A stretch of 30,085 bases of DNA, from positions 1 to 30,085 of the forward strand of contig JANLSU010000030.1 in assembly GCA_031362565.1 (NCBI GenBank), read 5' to 3'. The notes beneath the pieces are model-generated. The model ran no database searches. It was given only the letters and a program-made list of their open reading frames with translations, and was not told the origin of the DNA. Below are positions 1-9,227 of the stretch, in pieces. The position numbers and the translations under genes are program-made. Numbering within the stretch: the stretch's first letter is position 1; each line of letters opens with the position of its first letter. This stretch comes from a bacterium. Its GTDB lineage: Bacteria > Krumholzibacteriota > Krumholzibacteriia > G020349025.

Positions 1-43
1 GATCCGGGAACAGCACACACGGTGTCGTGGTATGGTCGCGCAT
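1..43 (-). CDS. N-terminal fragment of a probable IS1380-family transposase
   Basis: MRDHTTTPCVLFPD resembles the TTxCVLFPD N-terminus I recall for an IS1380 transposase subgroup. GGAGG lies upstream. Only 14 codons are visible. Confidence 0.65.
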   Translation of the reverse strand, partial: MRDHTTTPCVLFPD

Positions 44-138
44 GTCGAAGGCCTCCGTCCTTGGAGAAATGGTCCTGAACAAGCCCTTTCTACCATGCGG
101 AGGTCTTCGCGTTTGTTACGTTTCACGAATAATGCGGG
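1..138 (-). mobile_element. Left end of a probable IS1380-family insertion sequence, truncated by the window edge
   Basis: The minus strand from 138 reads CCCGCATTATTCGTGAAA, resembling IS1380-type CC-starting termini. An imperfect inverted repeat (46-57 / 98-109) follows, then an ATG at 43 opening MRDHTTTPCVLFPD. Confidence 0.7.
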
Positions 139-217
139 CTAACAAGGGCGGGTGCCGAGCAATATGCCCCGGGGCATGCTGGACCGCGAGAGCAGGTGCA
201 TGAGCCCGCGCGCGCAC

Positions 218-257
218 AAAAAATCGGCGCCCCACTCCACTCCGGGAAGGGGCGCCG
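218..257 (-). terminator. Intrinsic terminator downstream of the SPOR gene
   Basis: Minus strand: CGGCGCCCC...GGGGCGCCG stem followed by ATTTTTT, about 45 nt after the stop at 300. Confidence 0.8.
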
Positions 258-299
258 CTGTTGATCTCGGTATCGCGCCGCGATCGACGCGTTGGAATG

Positions 300-992
300 C
301 TACTTCCGCTTGAGCGCCACCACGCGGCTTTCCTTGACCGTGCCCGCGCCCAGCAGTTCGGCGCCCTTCGCCTCGGCTTCGGCGCGGCTGTCGAACGAGC
401 CGAGCACGACCTGGTAGGTGCTGGTACCGCCTTCGACCTTCTCGACGACGCTGCCGTCGAGTGATGTTGCGACGGCCAGGCGATCCTTCTCGGTGCCTGC
501 CTTGTCGTCAAACAGGTAGCTGCCGACGACAATGCCGTAGCGCGCCGGGGCCGCCGCGGGCGCCGGAGTCGACGGAGCCTCGGTGCCCGAAGCCAGCGGC
601 GTGGCAGCCGGTTTGGGAATTGGCTTCGCCGCGCTCGTCACTGACGGAGTCGTGGGGGTTGAAGCGAGGCGCGCCATGCTGTCGGCCGCGGCGAGTGCCG
701 CGAGCGAGTCCGCGGTCGCCGCGGAATCGGAGATGGCGCCGGCGCCGGATTCCGGCGTCTGGCCGGCTTCAGCGGTCTGGCCGGTTTCGGCCTTCTTCGC
801 CCGGCTGCTGAGCAGGAACAGGCCGCCGCAGATCACGATCACGGCGACCAGCCCGATCACGGCGATCGTCGCGCCCGGACCCTGCTCTTTCTCGTCCTCG
901 TAGCGGTCGGCCATCTTCGAGCGCAGGCGCGCGGAGATGTAGGGGGCGGGTTCGTTCGGCGTCGAATCTTTCGGCGTATCGTTCTGATCCAT
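300..992 (-). CDS. Membrane-anchored SPOR-domain (peptidoglycan-binding) protein
   Basis: One TM helix (IAVIGLVAVIVICGGLFLL), an Ala/Pro/Thr linker and a C-terminal SPOR-like region (YGIVVGSY...YQVVLGSFDSRAEAEA). Start set at ATG 992 after AAGGA. Confidence 0.8.
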   Translation of the reverse strand: MDQNDTPKDSTPNEPAPYISARLRSKMADRYEDEKEQGPGATIAVIGLVAVIVICGGLFLLSSRAKKAETGQTAEAGQTPESGAGAISDSAATADSLAALAAADSMARLASTPTTPSVTSAAKPIPKPAATPLASGTEAPSTPAPAAAPARYGIVVGSYLFDDKAGTEKDRLAVATSLDGSVVEKVEGGTSTYQVVLGSFDSRAEAEAKGAELLGAGTVKESRVVALKRK

Positions 993-1090
993 GTCGAATT
1001 CAGTCCTTTCGGGCACGGCAGATCGGCATGAGCCGGCCTGCCCCCGCAGAGGAGGTTGATCCCAGTCGTACGGTCACGAGGCCAGAGAGT

Positions 1091-1993
1091 CTACCGCTTT
1101 AGCCGGTCCGCCGCGATACCCAAAGCGAGCCCGGCAAACACCATCCCCGCGCCCAGCAGGCTCGCAGCCGGGAAGCGTTCGTGGCGGACCAGGGTGCCCA
1201 GCGCGAGTGCCACGATCGGGACGATCACCGCGATGAAGCTGATTCGTGACACGATCCAACGATTGACCAGCCATGCATAGAGGACGAATGCCACGACCGA
1301 TCCCGCGACCGTGAGGTAGAGGATCGGCGCCCACGCCGCCATCGTCGTTGGGATCACGTGCGCCTCGCCCGAAAGAAAGCTGCCCGCGAGGCACACCGGC
1401 AGCCCGACCATGCAGGCGATCGCATTGGCGCCGAACGGTGCCTGGCGCGGCCCGCGCTTGAGCATGATGCCCGAGAGGGCGGCGCTGATCGCGGCGATGA
1501 CCACGGCGAACATCGGCGCCGGGGGAACGGCGGCCTGAAGCTGGCCCGAGAAGATCGCCACCACACCCGCGAAGGCGACAAGAGCAGCACCGATCTTGAG
1601 CGCATTGAGCCGCTCGAGCCCGAACATACGAGCGAACAACGCGGTGGCGAGCGGGATGATTCCGTAGATCACCGCCGTGAGCCCCGATGGCACGGCCGTC
1701 TCTCCCCAGTACAGCAGGCAGAAGCTGAGACCGAAGTTGAGGAATCCGAACTGGGCCGCCGCGGTGAGCGCGGCCCCGCGCGGCAACCCGGTGCCGGTCG
1801 CGAACGCGAGAATCGTGAGGAGGATCCCCGCGAGCGCGAGCCGGATCGAAGCCGCCCACATCGGCGGCACGGATTCGTTGCCGATGCTGATGACGAGGAA
1901 CGTGCTGCCCCAGATCGCCGCACACCCAATGAAGGCGAGCCAGCTCTTGAGCGAGGACGTCTGCCGGGGCGCGGGAGGCGTGGCGGGATTCAT
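1091..1993 (-). CDS. EamA/DMT family transporter
   Basis: IWGSTFL motif, about 10 hydrophobic helices in two EamA repeats, VPSGLTAVI and GSVVAFVLYAWL. Start trimmed to MNPATP at 1993. Confidence 0.9.
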   Translation of the reverse strand: MNPATPPAPRQTSSLKSWLAFIGCAAIWGSTFLVISIGNESVPPMWAASIRLALAGILLTILAFATGTGLPRGAALTAAAQFGFLNFGLSFCLLYWGETAVPSGLTAVIYGIIPLATALFARMFGLERLNALKIGAALVAFAGVVAIFSGQLQAAVPPAPMFAVVIAAISAALSGIMLKRGPRQAPFGANAIACMVGLPVCLAGSFLSGEAHVIPTTMAAWAPILYLTVAGSVVAFVLYAWLVNRWIVSRISFIAVIVPIVALALGTLVRHERFPAASLLGAGMVFAGLALGIAADRLKR

Positions 1994-2260
1994 GGCGGCC
2001 GCCAATGTACGCGCGCGCCGCGAGGTGAGCCAAGCGGCGGCGGCGCGCGGGCGATCGTGCATCGTGCGGAGAGCGCGAGCGAATCTTCGGCGTTTCGACG
2101 GGGCGCCGCGGCTCGTTGCCTCAGCGGATGCTGTCGTTCCGAGCGCGCCCCGTCGTCCGCCGGCCCGCTCCATCCACCACAATCCCTGCATTGTTCGCCG
2201 CGCAATCGTCGCAGTAGACTCCGCCCGTCCATCACCTATACACCCGCCACGGAGGACCAA

Positions 2261-3853
2261 ATGAACCCGACCACGACCCGTCTTGCTCCGGTGGATCCGA
2301 AATCGCTTCCCGCCTACTCGCCGACCACCTACGTCGACTTCAGCCAGCCCGAACATCGCGCGGCGTTCGAAGCGGCGCTGGCGAAGGTGCGCGGCGAGCT
2401 GGGGCGCGAGTATCCGAACGTGATCGGCGGCGAGCGCGTGAAGGGCGACGGCACCTTCGACTCGATCAATCCATCGCGGCCGGGCGAACTGCTCGGGCGT
2501 TTTCAGGTGGGCAGCAAAGAACAGGCGACCCAGGCGATCGAAGTCGCATTCAAGACCTTCGCGTCATGGAGCCGGGTGCCCGCCGCGGAGCGCGCCGCGT
2601 ATCTGATCGAGGCCGCCAGGCGCATGAAGGAGCGCCGTCATGTGTTCTCGGCGTGGATGGTGCTCGAAGTCGGAAAGAGCTGGGCCGAGGCCGACGGCGA
2701 TACCGCGGAGGCCATCGACTTTCTCGAGTTCTACGCGCGCGAAATGCTGCGCTACGACAATCCCGAGCCGCTGGTGCAGATGCCGGGCGAGCGCAATCAG
2801 TTGGTCTATCTGCCGCTCGGCGTGGGCGCGATCATCCCGCCGTGGAATTTTCCGCTCGCGATTCTGGTCGGCATGACCACCGCCGCGATCGTCACCGGCA
2901 ACACCGTCGTTTTGAAACCGTCGAGCGATGCGCCGGCGATCGCCTGGCAAGTGGTGCAGCTCCTGCGTGAAGTCGGAGTGCCCGGTGGGGTGCTCAATTT
3001 CGTCACCGGATCGGGCGGGGCCATCGGCAACCGGCTCGTGGAACATCCGAAGACGCGCTTCATCGCCTTCACGGGTTCCAAGGAAGTCGGTCTCGGCATC
3101 AACGAACGCGCCGCCCGCCCCCAAAAGGGCCAGATCTGGATCAAGCGCGTCGTCGCCGAAATGGGCGGCAAGGATTCGATCATCGTCGCCGCCGATGCCG
3201 ATGTCGACAAAGCAGCGGAAGGCGTCGTCGCGTCGGCGTTCGGATTCCAAGGGCAGAAGTGTTCCGCCTGTTCGCGTGCCATCGTCGACGCCAAGGTCTA
3301 CGATGCCTTCGTCCAAAACGTCGCCGAGCGGACCCGCAAGCTGGTTGTGGGGCCGCCCGAGGACCGCGCCAACTCCATCGGACCGGTCGTCAATCGCAAC
3401 GCGCAGGAGAAGATTCTGCAATACATCGCGACCGGCAAACGCCAGGGCCGCCTCGTAGCCGGCGGCGAAGCCGGTTCGGGTGACGGATTCTTCGTCCAGC
3501 CGACGGTGATCGCCGACGTCGAACCCGACGCCATGATTTCGCTCGAGGAGATCTTCGGGCCGGTGCTGGCCATCATCAAGGCGCGCGACTGGGAGCATGC
3601 GCTCGAAATCGCCAACAACACCGAGTACGGACTCACCGGTGCCCTGTACACCCGCGACGAAGCCAAGATCGAGGACGCCAAGCGACGCTTCCATGTCGGT
3701 AACCTGTATTTCAATCGCAAGTGCACGGGGGCGCTCGTCGGGGTGCATCCGTTCGGCGGCTTCAACATGAGCGGCACCGATTCCAAGGCCGGCGGCCGCG
3801 ATTACTTGCTGCTGTTCTTGCAGGCGAAAGCGATGTCGCGCGCCCGACAGTGA
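2261..3853 (+). CDS. pruA: L-glutamate gamma-semialdehyde (1-pyrroline-5-carboxylate) dehydrogenase, RocA/PruA type
   Basis: ALDH motifs PWNFP, FTGSKEVG, AEMGGKD, FGFQGQKCSACSR, EEIFGPV, PFGGFNMSGTDSKAGG. GGAGG RBS precedes ATG 2261. Confidence 0.95.
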   Translation: MNPTTTRLAPVDPKSLPAYSPTTYVDFSQPEHRAAFEAALAKVRGELGREYPNVIGGERVKGDGTFDSINPSRPGELLGRFQVGSKEQATQAIEVAFKTFASWSRVPAAERAAYLIEAARRMKERRHVFSAWMVLEVGKSWAEADGDTAEAIDFLEFYAREMLRYDNPEPLVQMPGERNQLVYLPLGVGAIIPPWNFPLAILVGMTTAAIVTGNTVVLKPSSDAPAIAWQVVQLLREVGVPGGVLNFVTGSGGAIGNRLVEHPKTRFIAFTGSKEVGLGINERAARPQKGQIWIKRVVAEMGGKDSIIVAADADVDKAAEGVVASAFGFQGQKCSACSRAIVDAKVYDAFVQNVAERTRKLVVGPPEDRANSIGPVVNRNAQEKILQYIATGKRQGRLVAGGEAGSGDGFFVQPTVIADVEPDAMISLEEIFGPVLAIIKARDWEHALEIANNTEYGLTGALYTRDEAKIEDAKRRFHVGNLYFNRKCTGALVGVHPFGGFNMSGTDSKAGGRDYLLLFLQAKAMSRARQ

Positions 3854-3882
3854 AGGCCCGGCTCGGGAGGGCCGACCCCAGA

Positions 3883-5961
3883 ATGGCATCCGAACCACCG
3901 CGTTTCGGCGTCACCGGCATGCTGGCGGAAGCCCGCCGGTTCCCGGAGGGTACGGCGCGTGGCTTCGTAGCATTCGTACGCGACGAGCAGACCCACTTCT
4001 TCATCATTACCGCCATCGTCGGCCTCGGTGCCGGCGGTGTGGCGCTCGGCGTCCGCTACCTGTCGCAATTCATCACCGAGATCGCCTATCACGGTTGGCA
4101 CGGCAACGTCGTCGCGACGATCGAGGCGGCGCCGTGGTACCTGCGCCTGTTCGCGCCGGCGGTGGGCGGCGTCATTGCGGGACTCATCGGCCATCGCCTG
4201 GTGAGCCGCGGCGGCGGCATCGGCGCCATCATGGAAGCCGTGACGCTCAAGCACGGTTTCTTGAGCCTGCGGCGCGCCTCGTGGATGGCGCTCGCCTCCA
4301 TTATTGCGATCTCCACCGGCGGTTCCGTCGGCCGCGAAGGCTCGATCATTCAAGTCGCGTGTGCGATCGGATCGCGGCTCGGGCGGTCGTTCCATTTGAC
4401 CGAGGCGCGCATCCGGCTCTTGGTGACGGCGGCGGCGGGTGCCGGTGTCGCCGCCGCCTACAACACCCCCATCGCCGGCACGCTGTTCGTTCTCGAAGTC
4501 GTAGCCGGGAGCTTCGCGACCGACATCATCGGCCCGACGGTGATCGCCGCGGTGGTTGCGACACTCGTCGCCCGCATTTATCTCTGGCACGGCCCGATTT
4601 ACGAAGTGCCGGAGTTCGTCTTGCGCACGCCGCAAGAATTGGTCGCCTATGCGGCGCTCGGCATTGCGTGCGGCTTCATGGCGGCGAGCTTTCTCGGCTT
4701 GATTCGCCTCGGTGAAGGGGTCTTTCCGCGCGTCGCCAAAACCCGTTGGGTGCGCGGCGGCCTGGGCGGATTGCTGGTGGGCATCTTGGCGCTCAAGCTG
4801 CCGGCGGTGTGCGGCAACGGCTACGAGACCCTGGTTGGAATCTTGAACGCGCGCATTGGCTGGATCGCGCTCGCGGTGCTGCTCCTGGGCAAGATGTTGG
4901 CGACGACCGCGTCCGTGACCTCGGGCAGCCCGGGCGGCGTGTTCACGCCGACGCTGTTCTTGGGCGCGGCGCTGGGCGGCATTGTCGGCCATTTGCTGCA
5001 CTTCGCATTTCCCGAGTGGACGGGTGGCGCCAGCAGCTACGCGTTGGTGGGCATGGGCGCACTGCTCGCCGCCACGACCCATGCGCCGATCACCGCCACG
5101 GTGCTGGTCGTGGAACTGACCGGCGACTATTCCGTGGTTCTGCCGCAGTTGCTCGCCTGCGGCCTGGCGGCGACGATGACGCACCGCATGGATTCCGTGT
5201 ATACGCGCGAGCTGCGCCGGCGCGGCATCAGTTGGGACGGCACTCTCGAGCAAAAGATCGTGCGCTCGATCCGCGCCCGCGACATCATGCGCACCGACAT
5301 GACGCTCCTGGCGCCCGACACCCCTTTCCAAGAAGTCGTGCGCTTGTTCACCACGACCCGGTCGCCCTGCCAATACGTGGGGGACGGGCACGGCAACTTG
5401 CTCGGCGTTATCGAACTGCATGCGGTGAAAGAAGTCCTGGGCTCGCAGGATCTGTCGAAAATCGTCATCGCCCAGGACCTCGTGGAACCCGCCCGGCCGG
5501 TGCCGGACGACGCGTCACTGGCGGCGATCAATGAAAAACTCTGGTTCATCGATACCGGGGAAGCACCGGTCGTGGAGGCCGGCGGGTCGCGCTTCCTGGG
5601 CATCGTGACGCAGCGCGATTTGCTCGGCTACCTGGACCGCGAAATCCTCAAGCGCAACCTGCTGCTCTCGGAAGTGCGTTGGCGGGATGGACTCGACAAG
5701 GGCGTCGAATATCTGGAACTGCCGGAGGGCTATAAGCTGGAAGCGCTGACGGTGCCGGGATGGCTGGTGGGCAAGACAGTCGAGCAGTCGGAGCTGCGAA
5801 GCCGGCACGGACTCAACGTTATCGCCATCGCGACTTCGGACGGCAACGGCAACGAACGGCGCGATGCACCGTCCCGCGACTACCGATTGGGTGCGGCCGA
5901 CCGGCTCATCGTGGTGGCGTCGAGCGAGGATGTCGACGCGTTCGAGAAACTGCGTTCGTAG
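3883..5961 (+). CDS. ClC-family chloride channel/antiporter with CBS pair and C-terminal TrkA_C (RCK_C) domain
   Basis: GGSVGREGS, AAAYNTPIAG and GGVFTPTLF motifs; CBS pair beginning RARDIM; C-terminal LVGKTVEQSELRSRHGLNVIAI. Start could alternatively be GTG 3850. Confidence 0.9.
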   Translation: MASEPPRFGVTGMLAEARRFPEGTARGFVAFVRDEQTHFFIITAIVGLGAGGVALGVRYLSQFITEIAYHGWHGNVVATIEAAPWYLRLFAPAVGGVIAGLIGHRLVSRGGGIGAIMEAVTLKHGFLSLRRASWMALASIIAISTGGSVGREGSIIQVACAIGSRLGRSFHLTEARIRLLVTAAAGAGVAAAYNTPIAGTLFVLEVVAGSFATDIIGPTVIAAVVATLVARIYLWHGPIYEVPEFVLRTPQELVAYAALGIACGFMAASFLGLIRLGEGVFPRVAKTRWVRGGLGGLLVGILALKLPAVCGNGYETLVGILNARIGWIALAVLLLGKMLATTASVTSGSPGGVFTPTLFLGAALGGIVGHLLHFAFPEWTGGASSYALVGMGALLAATTHAPITATVLVVELTGDYSVVLPQLLACGLAATMTHRMDSVYTRELRRRGISWDGTLEQKIVRSIRARDIMRTDMTLLAPDTPFQEVVRLFTTTRSPCQYVGDGHGNLLGVIELHAVKEVLGSQDLSKIVIAQDLVEPARPVPDDASLAAINEKLWFIDTGEAPVVEAGGSRFLGIVTQRDLLGYLDREILKRNLLLSEVRWRDGLDKGVEYLELPEGYKLEALTVPGWLVGKTVEQSELRSRHGLNVIAIATSDGNGNERRDAPSRDYRLGAADRLIVVASSEDVDAFEKLRS

Positions 5962-5965
5962 CCGG

Positions 5966-8900
5966 TCAGTGCACGAGCACGATGCGGCCTTGCCGCCGCG
6001 GTGTGCCGGGCCCTTCAATGCGATACCAATACACGCCCGGCGCCACATGCCTGCCGCTCGCCCCCCGCGCGTCCCAGTGGAACTCGCCCGAGCCGTCGAC
6101 GGTGCGGCGGCAAACGATGCGGCCTTCGACCGAATAGATCTTCACGGCCGCCCCCGGTTCGGCGTTGGCGAAGTGCACGCCTTCCTGATCGACGACGACT
6201 TGCAACTTGTTCGGCAGGCCGCGCGGGGCGCCGGGATTGCCGCGCGGACCCGTGGCCGGCGCCGGCGAACTCGGCAGCCCGGATGGCACGAGCGGCGGCC
6301 CGTCGAACTGGAGGCGCGGCTCCGTCGATGCCTGCAACGGCCGGTCCCCGAAGACACGCAACGCGAAATTCCACGTCCCAGGCGGCAACACGGGCGTCGT
6401 CCAGGTTTGCGGCATGCCGGCAAGGCCCGGCAGCGGTTCACCGCTCAGGTTGGTCGCCGCCCAGAAATTCATCGCGGTCGCGGGATCGATGCTGAACGTG
6501 CGGGTCACAGCGTCGAAGCCGAGGCTCTCGACCAGGGGTTTGGCACCATATTTCACCGCATACGAGCGTGCGCCGGCGGGTGCCCGCCAGTAGAGCGTCC
6601 AGGTTCCATCGGCGTTCGGCCGCGCGTCGGGATGCAACAACAGGGCACCGGTTTCGTCGCGATGCAGCCAGCGGTAGATCCGTGCGTGAGTCGAGAGTTC
6701 GGACGCACGCAGCGGATGTTGGTACTCGGCCACACGCCAGGTGAAGTCGCGAGCGCGGCGGATGAACTCGCCGTCACCGGTTGTTTCGTACCCATGCGTA
6801 AGTACGAGACCCGTCTGATCGCCACGCACCCCGGGTTGAGTCGGCGCGGCCGCGTAGTAATCGTACGGGTAGCCGATTGCAGTGGGCGTGATCTGCGCCT
6901 CTTGCAGCGTGAACCAGGCGAGCCCGGTCATGTAGTCGCGTAACTCCTCACGCAGCGGGTCGTCGGCCGGCAGTACGCGCATCGCCTCCTGAGTCCCGAT
7001 GCCGTTCATCTCGGTCAGGAAGAAGAGGTGCACGGTGCGCAGTGGATCCGCGGGATCACCGAAGTAGAAGTATCCATGCTCGAGATTACGCCCCAAGCTG
7101 CCGTTGATCTCGAGCGTCGCCGTCAGCCAGGTCGCCATGCGGCGCACGGCGTCGATGTACTTCGGGTCGCCGGTCAGTTCCCAGAGGAGGGCCACATCGC
7201 GGAAACTGCGCGACCACAAGCGCATGTGGTGCAAGCCGCCGCCATTCAACACGCCGTACAGCGGATTCCCGCCGCGATAGCAGCGCCATTCGCCATAGTC
7301 CTGAATGGCTTCGCGCACATGCTCTTCGCCGGTCAGGTGATAGTAGTGCGCCATGCTGACCCAATGCGGGTGCTCGTCGTCGAACAGGCTGCCGGCGCCT
7401 TTGCCGTTGAACGTCGATGGTTGCGTCAGCTTGATGTCCGTAACGCCGAGCTGGCGGTTGGAATAGTCGAAATCATCGGAATGCGGCACCGCCTGATCGG
7501 CCTTCCATTCGGCGCCGAGACGGCCTTGTAGGAAAAGTCCGCCGGCACCGGTGCGGAGAAAGTCCAATAGCAGGCACTCGTCTTGGTCGAACTGATTGCC
7601 ACCCCCGGTGGTGCCGAAACTGTACTTGCGCCGCAGCCGCAGAGCATTCCGGCCGATGATGGGTGGTGCCCACGTTTCGCCCATCGCAGCGAGAAACTGC
7701 TGTTCCTCGCTCACAGTGACCAGACGATGCTCGCCGCAGAGCGCCCCGGTGACGCGGTAGCGTTCGAACTCGCAGCGCCCGATCTGCGGCGTCCGCACGG
7801 CCGCATCGAAGCCGGCCGGATCGGCGCCGCTGGAGGTGAACTCGAGGAGAATCTCGCGCGTTTCGTGCGCCCCCCACGAGAAGACCAAAGCAGTTTGCGG
7901 GTTGTGGCGCGAGAACAGTTCGACAGCGAGCCGGCTGCCTTGCAGGTCGAAACCGCTCGGGAACAGCGCCGCCATATCGCGCATGCCGGCCAGGACCGCA
8001 TGTTGGCCGTCGTCGACCCGCATCCAGCCCGGTGCCACGTCAGCGGCAGAACCGAGAGCATGCCGCGGCACGCCGCCGATCGCGACCTCGAGCCCGACAG
8101 CGGGAGTCAGCAGCGGCACGAGGTCGACGGTACGCGAATCCCGCTGGTCTTGGTTATCGCCTTGGAAGAGATAGGCCGTCCCCGCCGTGCCGACATGGGC
8201 GGCGAAGTCCCCGCCCGATGACCCGAACCGCACTTCGCGATCCGCGCCGAGTGCGAGCGGCATCTCCAGCCACGCAGCATCGAACGTGCGCGCCGCGACG
8301 GTCGCCAGGTCGGCGTTTCGAAGCGTCACGAAGGCGCGGCACGAACTTGGGCCGCGACCGAACTGCAGCCGCACGGTGTAGGCAAACGACGGCGCGCCGT
8401 CAGTCGCACGCAGAACACCGCGCGCCCGTACGACGGCCCGCACCGGGCCGTTCTCTTCGAGGACGACATCCGAAGCGGGGTCGAGTCCGGATTCGAAGCG
8501 CCGGCCGCCCGACTGGACGACCAAGCCGCCACCAGTGTGCGGGGCAACGAGTGTCACCCCGTCGCGCTCGACGCTCGCCAATCCGTTGAAGCCGCTCTTG
8601 TGGACCGTGAAGCGCGCCGGTCCACTGACAATCTCGATGTCGGTGGCCAAGTCCCGGCCGAGCGGCGGGGCGCCGAATGCACCAGCGCCTTGGGTGACCG
8701 CGTAGGGCCCGCCATCCGCCATGAACGTCGCCAGCACCCAGGAGATTCGGCCGGTGCGGGCATCGCGCTCGAGGACCCGGAACTGTGCGGCACTCGTGCC
8801 GGTCATGCCGAGTGCATCGACATCGTTTGGCGCGTCTTCAGGCGCGAACGGCACGCCGACGGAAACCGGTTCCGCGGCGCGGCTGCGGGACGGAACGCCG

Positions 8901-8998
8901 TCCGGCAGCAATTCTTGAACGATGACCGGCACATTCAGTTCAGCGGCCGCCGTCGATGCGCTGACGAGAAGCACACTCAAGATCGCGATACTGCGCAC
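5966..8998 (-). CDS. Large secreted protein, PcRGLX/YetA (PL26 lyase)-like, with C-terminal FlgD-Ig-like domain
   Basis: Signal peptide. EPVSVGVPF...QFRVL...ISWVL and VVLEENGPVRAVVR resemble PcRGLX/YetA N-terminal and beta-sandwich regions. Aromatic helical core. C-terminal IYSVEGR...WDARGASGRHVAPGVYWYRI. Confidence 0.6.
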   Translation of the reverse strand: MRSIAILSVLLVSASTAAAELNVPVIVQELLPDGVPSRSRAAEPVSVGVPFAPEDAPNDVDALGMTGTSAAQFRVLERDARTGRISWVLATFMADGGPYAVTQGAGAFGAPPLGRDLATDIEIVSGPARFTVHKSGFNGLASVERDGVTLVAPHTGGGLVVQSGGRRFESGLDPASDVVLEENGPVRAVVRARGVLRATDGAPSFAYTVRLQFGRGPSSCRAFVTLRNADLATVAARTFDAAWLEMPLALGADREVRFGSSGGDFAAHVGTAGTAYLFQGDNQDQRDSRTVDLVPLLTPAVGLEVAIGGVPRHALGSAADVAPGWMRVDDGQHAVLAGMRDMAALFPSGFDLQGSRLAVELFSRHNPQTALVFSWGAHETREILLEFTSSGADPAGFDAAVRTPQIGRCEFERYRVTGALCGEHRLVTVSEEQQFLAAMGETWAPPIIGRNALRLRRKYSFGTTGGGNQFDQDECLLLDFLRTGAGGLFLQGRLGAEWKADQAVPHSDDFDYSNRQLGVTDIKLTQPSTFNGKGAGSLFDDEHPHWVSMAHYYHLTGEEHVREAIQDYGEWRCYRGGNPLYGVLNGGGLHHMRLWSRSFRDVALLWELTGDPKYIDAVRRMATWLTATLEINGSLGRNLEHGYFYFGDPADPLRTVHLFFLTEMNGIGTQEAMRVLPADDPLREELRDYMTGLAWFTLQEAQITPTAIGYPYDYYAAAPTQPGVRGDQTGLVLTHGYETTGDGEFIRRARDFTWRVAEYQHPLRASELSTHARIYRWLHRDETGALLLHPDARPNADGTWTLYWRAPAGARSYAVKYGAKPLVESLGFDAVTRTFSIDPATAMNFWAATNLSGEPLPGLAGMPQTWTTPVLPPGTWNFALRVFGDRPLQASTEPRLQFDGPPLVPSGLPSSPAPATGPRGNPGAPRGLPNKLQVVVDQEGVHFANAEPGAAVKIYSVEGRIVCRRTVDGSGEFHWDARGASGRHVAPGVYWYRIEGPGTPRRQGRIVLVH

Positions 8999-9227
8999 GT
9001 TGCATCTCCGGGCAACCAGGGAGGGATGGGCGGCCGCGTTTACGGACGACGCGTTGCAAGAACCGAGAGCAAGAATCGGGGCGAATTCCCGGCAGCAAAC
9101 CGCCCACAGGGGGCACGTGACGGACGCCGCGGCCCGGTTCGGCGCACGCCTGGGTCAACCCACTCGATCCGTCGGAGTTGGGCTATACTGGCGGCGCGTT
9201 TTTTCCCAGCTTCTTTGTGGAGGGCCG

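Noticed and set aside
1358..2260. N-terminal extension of the 831-aa pruA ORF
   Set aside because: It is antisense to the EamA gene; the RBS and ALDH homology begin at 2261.
2564..5421. Long minus-strand ORFs (444 aa, 539 aa) and similar ones across the window
   Set aside because: Antisense shadows typical of high-GC coding DNA, with no protein motifs.
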